DNA from: Candidatus Latescibacterota bacterium
Lineage (GTDB): Bacteria; Latescibacterota; MWCZ01
Assembly (NCBI GenBank): GCA_022706085.1
Contig: JAKJDF010000003.1
Coordinates: 64,813 to 128,812 of the forward strand
Reading direction: 5' to 3'
DNA length: 64,000 nt
The position numbers and the translations under genes were made by a program. Under the pieces are notes generated by a model, which saw only the letters and a list, made by a program, of their open reading frames with translations, ran no database searches and was not told the origin of the DNA. Every line of letters begins with the position of its first letter. The stretch's first letter is position 1. Positions 1 through 8,476 of this stretch are shown here, in pieces.

Positions 1-5
1 GGACG

Positions 6-1535
6 ATGCCAGTTATTGTGATCTCAGCAGTATCGCGAGAAGCCGCGGCGTCAGCGTTCCGTGTTATCAGCCAGAGTCTTGACAACAGTTCGAGCATCCA
101 GCTTCCCGCAGGAACGGATTTCCGCGGCACGAAAAAGCCACTCGACGACCACGGTTTTGCCATTCTGACCTCCGGCACGGGCGCCGCGACGATGGAACCA
201 GACGGAACGCTCACGCTGTTCCTTGGCAGGACATCGGAGTGGGCTCAAAACAACATGATCGGGAGGGAGATCAACCCGGAGCGGCGGGACATGGCATTCC
301 ATTATGGATTCTACGGCCACGCCGGATCATGGCGCGACGGGAACGTGGTACGGGCAGGGTACGAGTTCAACAACCCCTTGACGGCAGTGGTCCCGTCCAG
401 GAGCACCACCGCGCGCCTTCCCAAAACCCAGAGTTTTCTCTCGCTTACGGGTGATGGAGCAGTGGTGACCGCCGTCAAACCGGCGGGCAATCCTCTTGCG
501 CAGTTCGAGAACACCCCAAGCGATCCCAGGAACGGGATCGTCATCCGCGCGTACGAGGCTCTCGGAAGGTCCGAAAGGATCGAACTGAGATTGTTTTCGG
601 GCATAGAGCGCGCGTCGGAGGCCGATCTTTTGGAGAACGATGTCAAATTGCTGCCAATGGACGGCGGGGCGGTTGCGTACGAGTTTGCGCCGTTTTCCGT
701 AAACACTTTCAAGGTTATTCCGGCTGAGAAAGATCGAAACGGCAGTGTTCGGTTCTCTGTCCGTGACTGGCGGCCGGGCCACGTGGTCTGGTGCCGCTAC
801 TATCAGCACAATGTTGGAGCCCACCCGACGGGGTATCTTCCGGTCGGCATTTACATCGACGGCGAGCTTCCGATTGAGAACCGGGGCGGGCAGTTCCCGA
901 CGGTCGGACGGTGCAGGGTGTGGATAGTGAACAACAACACCGATCGCGCGATTTCCGGCACGGCCCGCCTGCTGGCACCCGACCACTGGACGCTTCATCC
1001 GGCAGAAATCCGGTATGAATTGAGTCCTCGAGAGCACGTGACAACGGAAGTGGTGGTTGCCTTCGACCGCAGGCCGCGTGTCGGTATGATAAAGGCTCGA
1101 ATGGAATATGATGGAGTGGTATACCAGGACGTTCTGGAAGCAGGGTTCAAAACGGTGAGTCGCGGAGTTCCTACCGAACGGGGTGCCGTTCGTTACAACG
1201 GGTGGGAGGTGGTCAAGGAACGGGAACCGGAATGGGAGGTTCTGAGGAATGGGGAGGATATCATCGTTCGAGTTCGGAATCCATGGCTCCAGCCGCTGGA
1301 AGCGGAGATTGCGGTCATCAGCCCGATGGAAATGTGGGGGCGGGACGCGGGGTCGTACGGTCTGTGTGCCTTGGAACCGGATACGGCGGCGGTAACGTTG
1401 CGTCCGCGGGAAACGCGCGAGATTCATTTTCGGGTTAGCGTCAAGGAAAAGCCGAAGCCGACGTTCTGGGCGTGGGCGAAGCTCATGAGCAACGGGAAAT
1501 GTGCGTATCTGCCAGTTCCCGGAACCACCGCATGA
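6..1535 (+). CDS. Hypothetical protein. The reading frame is open to the window edge, so it may be the 3' portion of a larger gene. It could be the C-terminal beta-sandwich domains of a glycoside hydrolase (weak guess).
   Basis: 509-aa ORF with coherent composition. The antisense 460-aa ORF is R/P-rich junk. There is no stop codon between window position 1 and the ATG at 6. Confidence 0.5.
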   Translation: MPVIVISAVSREAAASAFRVISQSLDNSSSIQLPAGTDFRGTKKPLDDHGFAILTSGTGAATMEPDGTLTLFLGRTSEWAQNNMIGREINPERRDMAFHYGFYGHAGSWRDGNVVRAGYEFNNPLTAVVPSRSTTARLPKTQSFLSLTGDGAVVTAVKPAGNPLAQFENTPSDPRNGIVIRAYEALGRSERIELRLFSGIERASEADLLENDVKLLPMDGGAVAYEFAPFSVNTFKVIPAEKDRNGSVRFSVRDWRPGHVVWCRYYQHNVGAHPTGYLPVGIYIDGELPIENRGGQFPTVGRCRVWIVNNNTDRAISGTARLLAPDHWTLHPAEIRYELSPREHVTTEVVVAFDRRPRVGMIKARMEYDGVVYQDVLEAGFKTVSRGVPTERGAVRYNGWEVVKEREPEWEVLRNGEDIIVRVRNPWLQPLEAEIAVISPMEMWGRDAGSYGLCALEPDTAAVTLRPRETREIHFRVSVKEKPKPTFWAWAKLMSNGKCAYLPVPGTTA

Positions 1536-1610
1536 TGTCCGAAACGTGGCGTTACAGGAATAGCAGAATGGGGCTACGTGCTCGGACACGATTTTTCTTC
1601 CATTCGGGTG

Positions 1611-1639
1611 TTGACATCCGATGTCCGGGTGTGTATACT
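1611..1639 (+). promoter_or_regulatory. Near-consensus sigma70 promoter driving the tRNA-Met gene
   Basis: TTGACA (1611-1616), a 17-nt spacer, then TATACT (1634-1639). The tRNA 5' end lies about 12 nt downstream. Confidence 0.6.
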
Positions 1640-1651
1640 TAACTGTCCCGA

Positions 1652-1727
1652 CGCGGGGTGGAGCAGTTGGTAGCTCGCCAGGCTCATAACCTGGAGGTCG
1701 GAGGTTCAAATCCTTCCCCCGCTACCT
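1652..1727 (+). tRNA. tRNA-Met (anticodon CAT), initiator-like
   Basis: Cloverleaf folded by hand. Acceptor CGCGGGG/CCCCGCT with a C1:U72 mismatch. D-arm GAGC-AGTTGGTA-GCTC with A11:U24. Anticodon stem-loop CCAGG-CTCATAA-CCTGG. T-arm GGAGG-TTCAAAT-CCTTC. Discriminator A, then CC. The 5' half is nearly identical to E. coli tRNA-fMet. Confidence 0.85.
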
Positions 1728-2241
1728 TGATCACAACACCCGTCGCATTGTTTTGTCGCGCGACGGAGAGTATAGGGAACGCGCAAGGTTGATCACGACC
1801 GCTGTTTGCAGTCCTTGGGTTGCTTCATCCCTCGGGTTCCTGACGATCTATGATCATGCTCCTGCGTACGCCTGTGCCGTGAGGTGCGGGCGTTCTTTTT
1901 TGCGACCTGCCGCGTCCACCAAGCCGTGGGTTCCCTCTAGCGGGTTGCATGTTCGCGAAGAAGGAGGTGGGGGTAGAGCATAGTCGTCTGTGGTTCGTGT
2001 AGAGCACGCGTTTTGGTAAGGAAGACTACCTCTTTGGACGTGTATCAGCGTGGAATTTGTCCAACCGTCGTCGGTATCCGGCAGAACGGCGCAGGTTCAC
2101 GTTGACAGTTCGATCACAAGGGGGAAGGCTGCCAAAAGTCCCGCGCAAGCGGGGTAGTAAGTCTGTGGTCGAGAACACACAGGGCTGGAGCCCTGTGCAC
2201 TCGTCACGCAACCTGGGCAATGCCCGAGGAAAGGTCAGCAG

Positions 2242-2445
2242 ATGGCAACTGGAACAGTGAAGTGGTTCAACCACACCAAGGGTTATGGGTTCATCCGTCC
2301 GGAAAGCGGTGAAGACTTGTTTGTGCACGTTACGAACGTGGACCAGGCCGACGCCAAGCGGATTTCTGATGGCGACGCGGTGGAGTTTGACGTTCGTCCG
2401 GGCCGCAAGGGTCAGGAAGCATACAACGTCCGTCTGGCGCATTAA
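2242..2445 (+). CDS. cspA: Cold-shock protein, CspA family
   Basis: 67 aa containing the RNP motifs KWFNxxKGYGFI and VFVHV. RBS GAGGAAAGG upstream. Confidence 0.95.
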   Translation: MATGTVKWFNHTKGYGFIRPESGEDLFVHVTNVDQADAKRISDGDAVEFDVRPGRKGQEAYNVRLAH

Positions 2446-2465
2446 GCCCTGACAAATCTGCGCAA

Positions 2466-2507
2466 CGCGCCCGTCCTTGACTTTTCAGGGGCGGGCGTGT
2501 TTTTTTG
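2466..2507 (+). terminator. Rho-independent terminator after cspA
   Basis: GC-rich hairpin CGCCCGTCC...GGGCGGGCG followed by TGTTTTTTT. Confidence 0.8.
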
Positions 2508-2624
2508 TACGCGATTCGCCTCGACAATCGTTCGTTTGTCTCTCTATCGTATTAACGAGCGATGCCGACGAAGGTTCTGGCGAAGCTCGCAACTCGAACG
2601 CACGATGTGCCGGAGGGATGTCAC

Positions 2625-3503
2625 ATGATTCGTCGTACGCGAAAAGGAGTGTTGTATGGGGCCTTGGTTCTTGCGCTGTTGGCCGGAGGATGTAACATCT
2701 TCGGCTCATCCGAAAAAGAGCCGGGCTCCGAAGCTGCGCGGTATCAGCAGGAACTGGCGGATTTCCTCGCGTTGAACAGCACAAGCACCATATCGTCGGA
2801 TGTGCTGCTGGCACTCGCCAAGGAATCGCGCCAGGCTGCGGGGATTGGCATCCTGCAGATTTCGCGCGAATTGAGCCAGAGCAGTACCAGTTCGAGCACC
2901 AGTTTTCCGTTTGACAGCCTTTCCGCGGCGGAACGAGCCGAAAAGCTGGCCAACCTACAGGCAATGGACCAGGCTCTTGCGTTGCTGCTGTACGCGAACA
3001 CGGCGCAGGCAGGAACAGGCCCAAAGGTTGCCGTAGACCCGCTTTCGGACACGTATCTGCAGCAGAAGGCGCGAAACGTGAACTTGAGCGGAACGTTTGA
3101 CGTGTGCAGCGTGTATCCCGATTTCCTTGTGGTGCGGATCCTTCGTCTTATGATCGAGTTCCGGACCAAGCTCGATGCAATCGGGACGGATTTCCGCGTA
3201 GTGGGGGTAACGGGTGGCTACAGGGTTCAGTACACCGGATCAGGCACGGTTCCGACTGCCAAAGCGATTGCCGTGAACAACGCAATTGACTGGTTGACCA
3301 ACCCGACAAACGGCGTGTTGTCGGTGCAGATCAACGCGGTACTTGATCCACAATCAGCCTTCGGGTGCGAGTCGCCTCTGAGCGACATCATAGACCTGAA
3401 CAAGGTCCGGTCGTATATCAACACGGTGGTGGTGGCGAGCCTGAAGCGGTCAAAATTCCCGGTAGCGAAACCCGCCGGCGAAAACGTCGTGGTTGGCGAA
3501 TAG
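2625..3503 (+). CDS. Hypothetical lipoprotein
   Basis: Lipobox LLAGGC after the MIRRTRK start. The ORF is open from 2562. No recognisable catalytic motif. Confidence 0.6.
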   Translation: MIRRTRKGVLYGALVLALLAGGCNIFGSSEKEPGSEAARYQQELADFLALNSTSTISSDVLLALAKESRQAAGIGILQISRELSQSSTSSSTSFPFDSLSAAERAEKLANLQAMDQALALLLYANTAQAGTGPKVAVDPLSDTYLQQKARNVNLSGTFDVCSVYPDFLVVRILRLMIEFRTKLDAIGTDFRVVGVTGGYRVQYTGSGTVPTAKAIAVNNAIDWLTNPTNGVLSVQINAVLDPQSAFGCESPLSDIIDLNKVRSYINTVVVASLKRSKFPVAKPAGENVVVGE

Positions 3504-3523
3504 ACACGTAAGGAGAACCAGCA

Positions 3524-4609
3524 ATGAAGCGCGCATTGACTATCGCATCTTTGATTGCCGCCTCTGTTGCGGTGGTGCCTTCGGTGTCCTCTGCCAGTGT
3601 ACCGCACAGTTTTCGTCACGAGGTGTTTGCGCTCGGCATGGGTGGAGCCTACACGGCCGGAGCCTGGCGTGGGTCGGCGCTGTTCTACAACCCGGCCTCC
3701 GTTGCCGCGAAGCGGTTCCACATGAACGTTCCGGTGCGGTTTGAATTCGGGGGCGTCGGCGGCCTGACCCAGATGAAAGACGTCGTGAACTTTTTCAAAG
3801 ACAACAAATCCGATCTCGAACGGATTGACCAGTTGCCTTCCTGGCGCGTTGCCGAACTTGACCGGGAAGCGGAGAAGCTCGACGGCAAGGGCGGCACGAT
3901 ACGGGCATTCCCGGCGATCCGCCTCGGTTGGAGAGGTGTGGGGATTCAGTCATACGCCGTTTTTGATGGCACCCCGCAGATGAACTCCGGCGTATTCCAG
4001 CCACGGCTGGATCTGAATGCGTACAGCGACATAGGTGTTATCGCCGCGTACGGCAGGCCGGTGAACCTGGGGATGCTCTGGTACGCCGGTGCCAGCGTGA
4101 AGTACTTCAACCGGTGGCAGACGACTCGGAGCTTCTCGCTGGAGGACGCGGTCAATACGCCGGGTCTTGGTGACGTCGTCGATCTCAAAAACCGGCAGAC
4201 CGGCATCGGGGTGGATCTTGGTGCACTGGTTCCGGTCACCCGCAAAGTAACCCTCGGAGTGGTTGCGCAGGATGCGGTCACGCTGGGTGATGTCAACCCC
4301 GACATGTCACTGAACCTGGGCGTTCATTACCGGGTTCTGCCACGGCTGAACCTTGTGGCGGACTACCGAGACCTTTTGAATGCGTCGGATGTCTCAGTCC
4401 CCATGCATGTTCACATGGGTGGGGAGCTTGATCTGACCCTGTTGAGGCTTCGGGGTGGTTTCTATCAGGGGTACCCGACTGCGGGTGTGGGTGTCAACCT
4501 GTGGTTGATCAAGCTGGATGCCGTGTACTACGGGCGCGAAAGAGGATCCAAACTGGGGTACGAACCCGAGGACAACGTGGCCGTTGAGCTTCAGATAGGT
4601 CTTGATTGA
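3524..4609 (+). CDS. Hypothetical secreted or outer-membrane protein
   Basis: N-terminal signal peptide (AASVAVVPSVSSA). Alternating beta-strand-like pattern. RBS AAGGAGAA. Paired with the upstream lipoprotein. Confidence 0.6.
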   Translation: MKRALTIASLIAASVAVVPSVSSASVPHSFRHEVFALGMGGAYTAGAWRGSALFYNPASVAAKRFHMNVPVRFEFGGVGGLTQMKDVVNFFKDNKSDLERIDQLPSWRVAELDREAEKLDGKGGTIRAFPAIRLGWRGVGIQSYAVFDGTPQMNSGVFQPRLDLNAYSDIGVIAAYGRPVNLGMLWYAGASVKYFNRWQTTRSFSLEDAVNTPGLGDVVDLKNRQTGIGVDLGALVPVTRKVTLGVVAQDAVTLGDVNPDMSLNLGVHYRVLPRLNLVADYRDLLNASDVSVPMHVHMGGELDLTLLRLRGGFYQGYPTAGVGVNLWLIKLDAVYYGRERGSKLGYEPEDNVAVELQIGLD

Positions 4610-4637
4610 CCTGACCTGTCCTGACTGGAGATGGAGT

Positions 4638-4671
4638 GTCCCCCGCGGGAGATTGCGGGGGACGCTTTTTT
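4638..4671 (+). terminator. Rho-independent terminator
   Basis: Hairpin GTCCCCCGC-gggagatt-GCGGGGGAC followed by GCTTTTTTC. Confidence 0.8.
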
Positions 4672-4675
4672 CAAA

Positions 4676-5515
4676 TCAACCGCGCGTTGACAGGTATTCC
4701 CTGAGGCTTTCCTGCCAGTGAGGCATCGTGTCGCCCACCGTCAGCTCGAGCATAAGGTTGCGAAGGATTGTCGAAGCGGGCCGTGGTGCCGGTCTGGCGT
4801 ACGCGGCCATCGTCGTCGGGGTGAGGGCGACATTAAGGCCTGCCTGCCGGAATATTCCCTCCGCGAATTCGAACCACGAGCATGAACCGTTGCCGGTCAT
4901 GTGATAGAGCCCGAATGCGCGCGTTTCCAGGAGGGTATGAAGTGCCCGGGCGACGTCCGCGCAAAATGTTGGTGTTCCGACCTGGTCAGTGACAACAGAT
5001 ACCGCCTTTTTTTCCTTTGCCGCGTGAAGCATGGCCTCCACGAAATTCCTTCCTCCGTGGCCCACAAGCCACGCGACCCGAACGAGGAAAAATCGCGTAC
5101 AGTGATCTCGTACGGCAGTTTCACCCGCGACCTTGCTTTTCGCGTATACCCCGAGAGGGTTGACCGCGTCATATTCCAGATAGGGTGATGTCTTCTTGCC
5201 GTCGAAGACGTAGTCGGTGGAAAAGTGAACCAGCGCGGCATTCTGCTCTTCAGCGGCGATGGCGAGATTCCTTGGGCCCAGCGCGTTCACACGGTAGGCG
5301 TCTTCGATATGGGTTTCGGCGTCGTCAACACGGTTGTACGCCGCACAGTTGACTACCACGTCCGGAGTGTGCAATTTCACCGCTCTGCGCACGTTCTCCA
5401 GCGCGGACACATCGAGTTCCTGCCTCGTGAGCGCAATGAGGTCATGTCGCGTTGACCACTGCCGGGCAAGCTCGCGAGCGAGCATCCCGCCGGAGCCGAC
5501 GATCATGATTTTCAT
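4676..5515 (-). CDS. rfbD: dTDP-4-dehydrorhamnose reductase (RmlD/RfbD-like NAD(P)-dependent reductase)
   Basis: 279 aa from MKIMIVGSGGMLARELA, a Rossmann GxxGxxG fold. Carries a YxxxK-type motif and an RmlD-like substrate domain. Translation from the ORF's first Met would add a basic junk extension. Confidence 0.8.
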   Translation of the reverse strand: MKIMIVGSGGMLARELARQWSTRHDLIALTRQELDVSALENVRRAVKLHTPDVVVNCAAYNRVDDAETHIEDAYRVNALGPRNLAIAAEEQNAALVHFSTDYVFDGKKTSPYLEYDAVNPLGVYAKSKVAGETAVRDHCTRFFLVRVAWLVGHGGRNFVEAMLHAAKEKKAVSVVTDQVGTPTFCADVARALHTLLETRAFGLYHMTGNGSCSWFEFAEGIFRQAGLNVALTPTTMAAYARPAPRPASTILRNLMLELTVGDTMPHWQESLREYLSTRG

Positions 5516-5540
5516 GGCACAACTCCCGCGCAGCGTACGC

Positions 5541-6434
5541 TCAATCCATCGGCGGCGGCGGCAGTGCGGAAAGCCCCTGTAACGAAGGCTTGCCAGCACG
5601 AAGCCACGCCTCATACCAGAAACCTGCGACTGCCGAGGCAGCAAGGTTCATTCGAAACTGCGCCAGCCAGCCAATGCGGTTCCACAGCTCCTGATCGTAC
5701 GGCGGATCCGCGGATCGTTCCCCGCGAGGTCCCGGAAGAGGCGGCCGAAACGACTGCCGAACCGCGGTGTCGGCGCGGAGGATTGTATCAACATCCGTGT
5801 AAGACGCCATCACGATCTTCCACGTATTCTCGAGCGGATCGGTGATTCGTGCGGGCAAGCCCGGTTTCATCGTTATCGCCGCGGCGTTCTGGTCAAGCAT
5901 CCACCATTCGAAGCGCAGATGCACCCCGCGGTTTCCGGACAACTGACCGTCGTAGTTCACGGTCGTGTGCATGGGCATGAACGCGTCCGCGACATAATGC
6001 CCCAGGGCTGACAGGAACACGAGCGTGCTGTCGTTCGGGTCCGCAAGGGAACCGACGGTACGGCGGAAATATGCGTCAATGTGCCAGGGAAGAGTGCCCA
6101 TTTTCTGAAGGCTGTCCGGCCCCAGTCTCTGCAAAGCAGTGGCATAGTCGCGAGGGAAGTTGGGAAAGGGGTACCCCGACCGGTCGCCGAGTTCCAGATC
6201 CACGTAGTGACGCGATCGCTCATCTGGATCGTAACGCCACACGTCCGGAGCATGAGATTGTGCGACGAGCGCCTCACGGTACGGCGCGAGCACGACTTGC
6301 ATATCAGCTGGAAGAATATCTATCGCGGCGGCGGTGATCATCTGATGGGCTTTGTATCCCCATGAATAGCCAGTTCCCGGGGACAGCAGAATCAAGACCA
6401 CCAGGAATCTGGTGGATGCCGGGATATACCTCAT
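5541..6434 (-). CDS. S1/P1-family zinc nuclease
   Basis: WGYKAHQMI N-terminus after a signal peptide, plus the HYVADAFMPMH motif typical of S1/P1 nucleases. Its start overlaps the DoxX stop by 4 nt. Confidence 0.75.
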   Translation of the reverse strand: MRYIPASTRFLVVLILLSPGTGYSWGYKAHQMITAAAIDILPADMQVVLAPYREALVAQSHAPDVWRYDPDERSRHYVDLELGDRSGYPFPNFPRDYATALQRLGPDSLQKMGTLPWHIDAYFRRTVGSLADPNDSTLVFLSALGHYVADAFMPMHTTVNYDGQLSGNRGVHLRFEWWMLDQNAAAITMKPGLPARITDPLENTWKIVMASYTDVDTILRADTAVRQSFRPPLPGPRGERSADPPYDQELWNRIGWLAQFRMNLAASAVAGFWYEAWLRAGKPSLQGLSALPPPPMD

Positions 6435-6904
6435 AGGGCTGCCTCGTTTCTGCGGGCCCACCACCAGACATGTGCGGCCAATACGAGCAGGAAAAGATCG
6501 AACACGAGGTGTTGGAGCAGGTTGTTGCGAGCATCCGCATCTGTGCCCGTGTCAAGGCACCCGCAATTGATATCCAGGCCTCGCATAAGAGCGCTTATGA
6601 TCGCAATTGTGAAAACCAGCGTCATGCCTCCAACCGTCACCACGGCGCCAGGCGCAGACCGGCGGAACAGAAGAGCAAGCGCTGCAACGACCTCTATCCA
6701 TGGGAGAGTGATCGCGAGCGCGTTGACCAGGGCATCCGGAAGCAACTGGTAGTTCTCGATGCTGCGGGCAAAGTCGCCGAGGTTCGGTATCTTGCTCGCG
6801 CCGTACACGAGAAAGACCGCCGCGAGGACGATTCTGGACACCCAAACGTATCTGGAATCCAGCAAGCGCGCTGCGAGTTTCGATGAGTTCAGATTCAGAG
6901 TCAT
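6431..6904 (-). CDS. DoxX/MauE-family membrane protein
   Basis: 157 aa with four predicted TM helices and a DoxX-like pattern. Overlaps the rhodanese gene by 4 nt. Confidence 0.7.
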   Translation of the reverse strand: MTLNLNSSKLAARLLDSRYVWVSRIVLAAVFLVYGASKIPNLGDFARSIENYQLLPDALVNALAITLPWIEVVAALALLFRRSAPGAVVTVGGMTLVFTIAIISALMRGLDINCGCLDTGTDADARNNLLQHLVFDLFLLVLAAHVWWWARRNEAAL

Positions 6905-7419
6905 CCTCCAGTCCCGCGATCAAATGGGAAACCGGCGCGTTGCCACGCGACCGAGCCGCCGAAAAAGACGCGCACCGCGGTGAATCCCTTTTTTGCCAGC
7001 AGTTCGCCAAGATGAATACTCAGATCGCATGATTCCCCGGCACAATAGACAACAAGAGGTTTGTGCTTGTCCAGGTTCGCGATCGCCGCGCCATAGTATT
7101 CAACTTCGTCGAAAGGAATGTTGATAGCACCGGGGATGTGACCTTCTGCGTATTCAAACTCGGGCCTGGCGTCAACGAAGACGGCCTGGTCACGGTCGAA
7201 AAGTGTTTTTGCCTGCTGGAGGGTCACTGAAACGAGCTCGTGCGCGGCGGAAGGCACCGGGTCAGCCCGGTTGACCAGCGCCGAATCGGGCAGTTGGGGA
7301 AGGTTCTTCCCTCGCGCCACAAACGGGATTCCCCATGGTGCGACGAGGTTTACGCCCGCTCCGATGAGCGACGCGCCGACGCAGATCAAACATGCCTGGA
7401 TGATCGCGTTTTTGACCAC
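6901..7419 (-). CDS. Rhodanese-domain protein (single-domain sulfurtransferase with an N-terminal TM helix)
   Basis: Active-site loop CAGESCDLS within a rhodanese fold (HIPGAINIP). The GTG start at 7419 is preceded by GGGAGA. The longer ORF reaching 7542 adds an implausible N-terminus. Confidence 0.7.
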   Translation of the reverse strand: MVKNAIIQACLICVGASLIGAGVNLVAPWGIPFVARGKNLPQLPDSALVNRADPVPSAAHELVSVTLQQAKTLFDRDQAVFVDARPEFEYAEGHIPGAINIPFDEVEYYGAAIANLDKHKPLVVYCAGESCDLSIHLGELLAKKGFTAVRVFFGGSVAWQRAGFPFDRGTGG

Positions 7420-7583
7420 TCTGGTTCTCCCGGTGTCCTGTTGAGATTGTCTAATCGCCGCATTATCATGGTAGCCGCTCCAATGTGGCGTGTCAATCAA
7501 CCGCACGAGGTTCGTCGTCTTGGCGCCGTCACGGTCCGGCATGTATCATCAAATTCCGTCAGACGCGTTGGGAGGAGGGGCGG

Positions 7584-8279
7584 ATGAATGTGCAATCGGT
7601 ACTGACAATCATTTTGACAGCAGGAGTGTTTCTTATGTCCGGGTGCAGGGAAATGGATGCCGAATTGAAGCAGCATGTAGTGGCGCACTGGTCGTTCGCA
7701 GTGCCAGTCACGGCGAAGCTTGCCGATCTCGCGGGAAAACACGACGCACTGGTTGAAGGTGTCCGCGCGAGCGAAGGGGGTGGTGCGTGGCATTTTCCGG
7801 GTGACACCGCCGCGCTCAGGGTGGCCCACACGCCGGAGCTGGACCTGGTGAACGGGTTCACCATGGAAGCCACCATCAGGCTGGAGCGCCTGGGCAATCC
7901 CCGGGTCGACATCGGTGTCCAAGGGATACTTGAGAAACACATAGGCAAAGGCGGGTGGTTGCTCATCGTACTGCGAGACGGCCGTGTCGGTTACTGGCTG
8001 GAAACCGAACAGGGTCGGACGGAAGGCGCGAGTACGATAGCTCTTACGCCCGGAAACTGGCACCACATCGCGATGACATGGGACAAACAGAAAATTCGGT
8101 TGTACGTTGACGGAACGCCTGCCGGAGAACGGCCGTTCACAGGCCCACTCGGGCGGTGCCCCCAGGATCTATACCTCGGGAATGATGACACGAAAAACTG
8201 GAGCTTCTGTGGCGACATTGCGGACATCCGCATCCTCGATATCGCCGTCGAACCACCCGCGTTCCACAGAGCTCGTTGA
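7584..8279 (+). CDS. LamG/concanavalin-A-like lectin-fold lipoprotein
   Basis: MNVQSVLTIILTAGVFLMSGC lipobox. The 'LRLYVDGTPAGERPF...YLGND' segment is typical of LamG-like jelly-rolls. RBS GGAGGAGG. Confidence 0.65.
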   Translation: MNVQSVLTIILTAGVFLMSGCREMDAELKQHVVAHWSFAVPVTAKLADLAGKHDALVEGVRASEGGGAWHFPGDTAALRVAHTPELDLVNGFTMEATIRLERLGNPRVDIGVQGILEKHIGKGGWLLIVLRDGRVGYWLETEQGRTEGASTIALTPGNWHHIAMTWDKQKIRLYVDGTPAGERPFTGPLGRCPQDLYLGNDDTKNWSFCGDIADIRILDIAVEPPAFHRAR

Positions 8280-8476
8280 ACGCCGAGTTCGAACCCGAAG
8301 CCGGAACCCGCCCCCGGACTGTGTTCTCAATCCGACCGGGGTTATCGGGTGGCTGACCCGGAAGTGACAAACTTTGCGATCGGCACCGGGAGCGCCTCTT
8401 TTCGCTGCCCGCGTCTGTTCAGAAGAAAAGAGCATTGACCTGTTCCGTTCCACCAGTTTTCGTCAAGAACCCGCCG

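Noticed and set aside
327-1709. 460-aa minus-strand ORF running antisense to the first CDS and across the tRNA-Met gene
   Set aside because: R/P/H-rich composition with no domain features. It overlaps a bona fide tRNA and its promoter. This is a typical high-GC antisense artefact.
7420-7542. Longer version of the rhodanese ORF starting at the upstream ATG
   Set aside because: The added 41 residues (PDRDGAKTTNLVRLIDTPHW...) do not look like protein. The GTG at 7419 has a GGGAGA RBS and begins directly at the TM helix.
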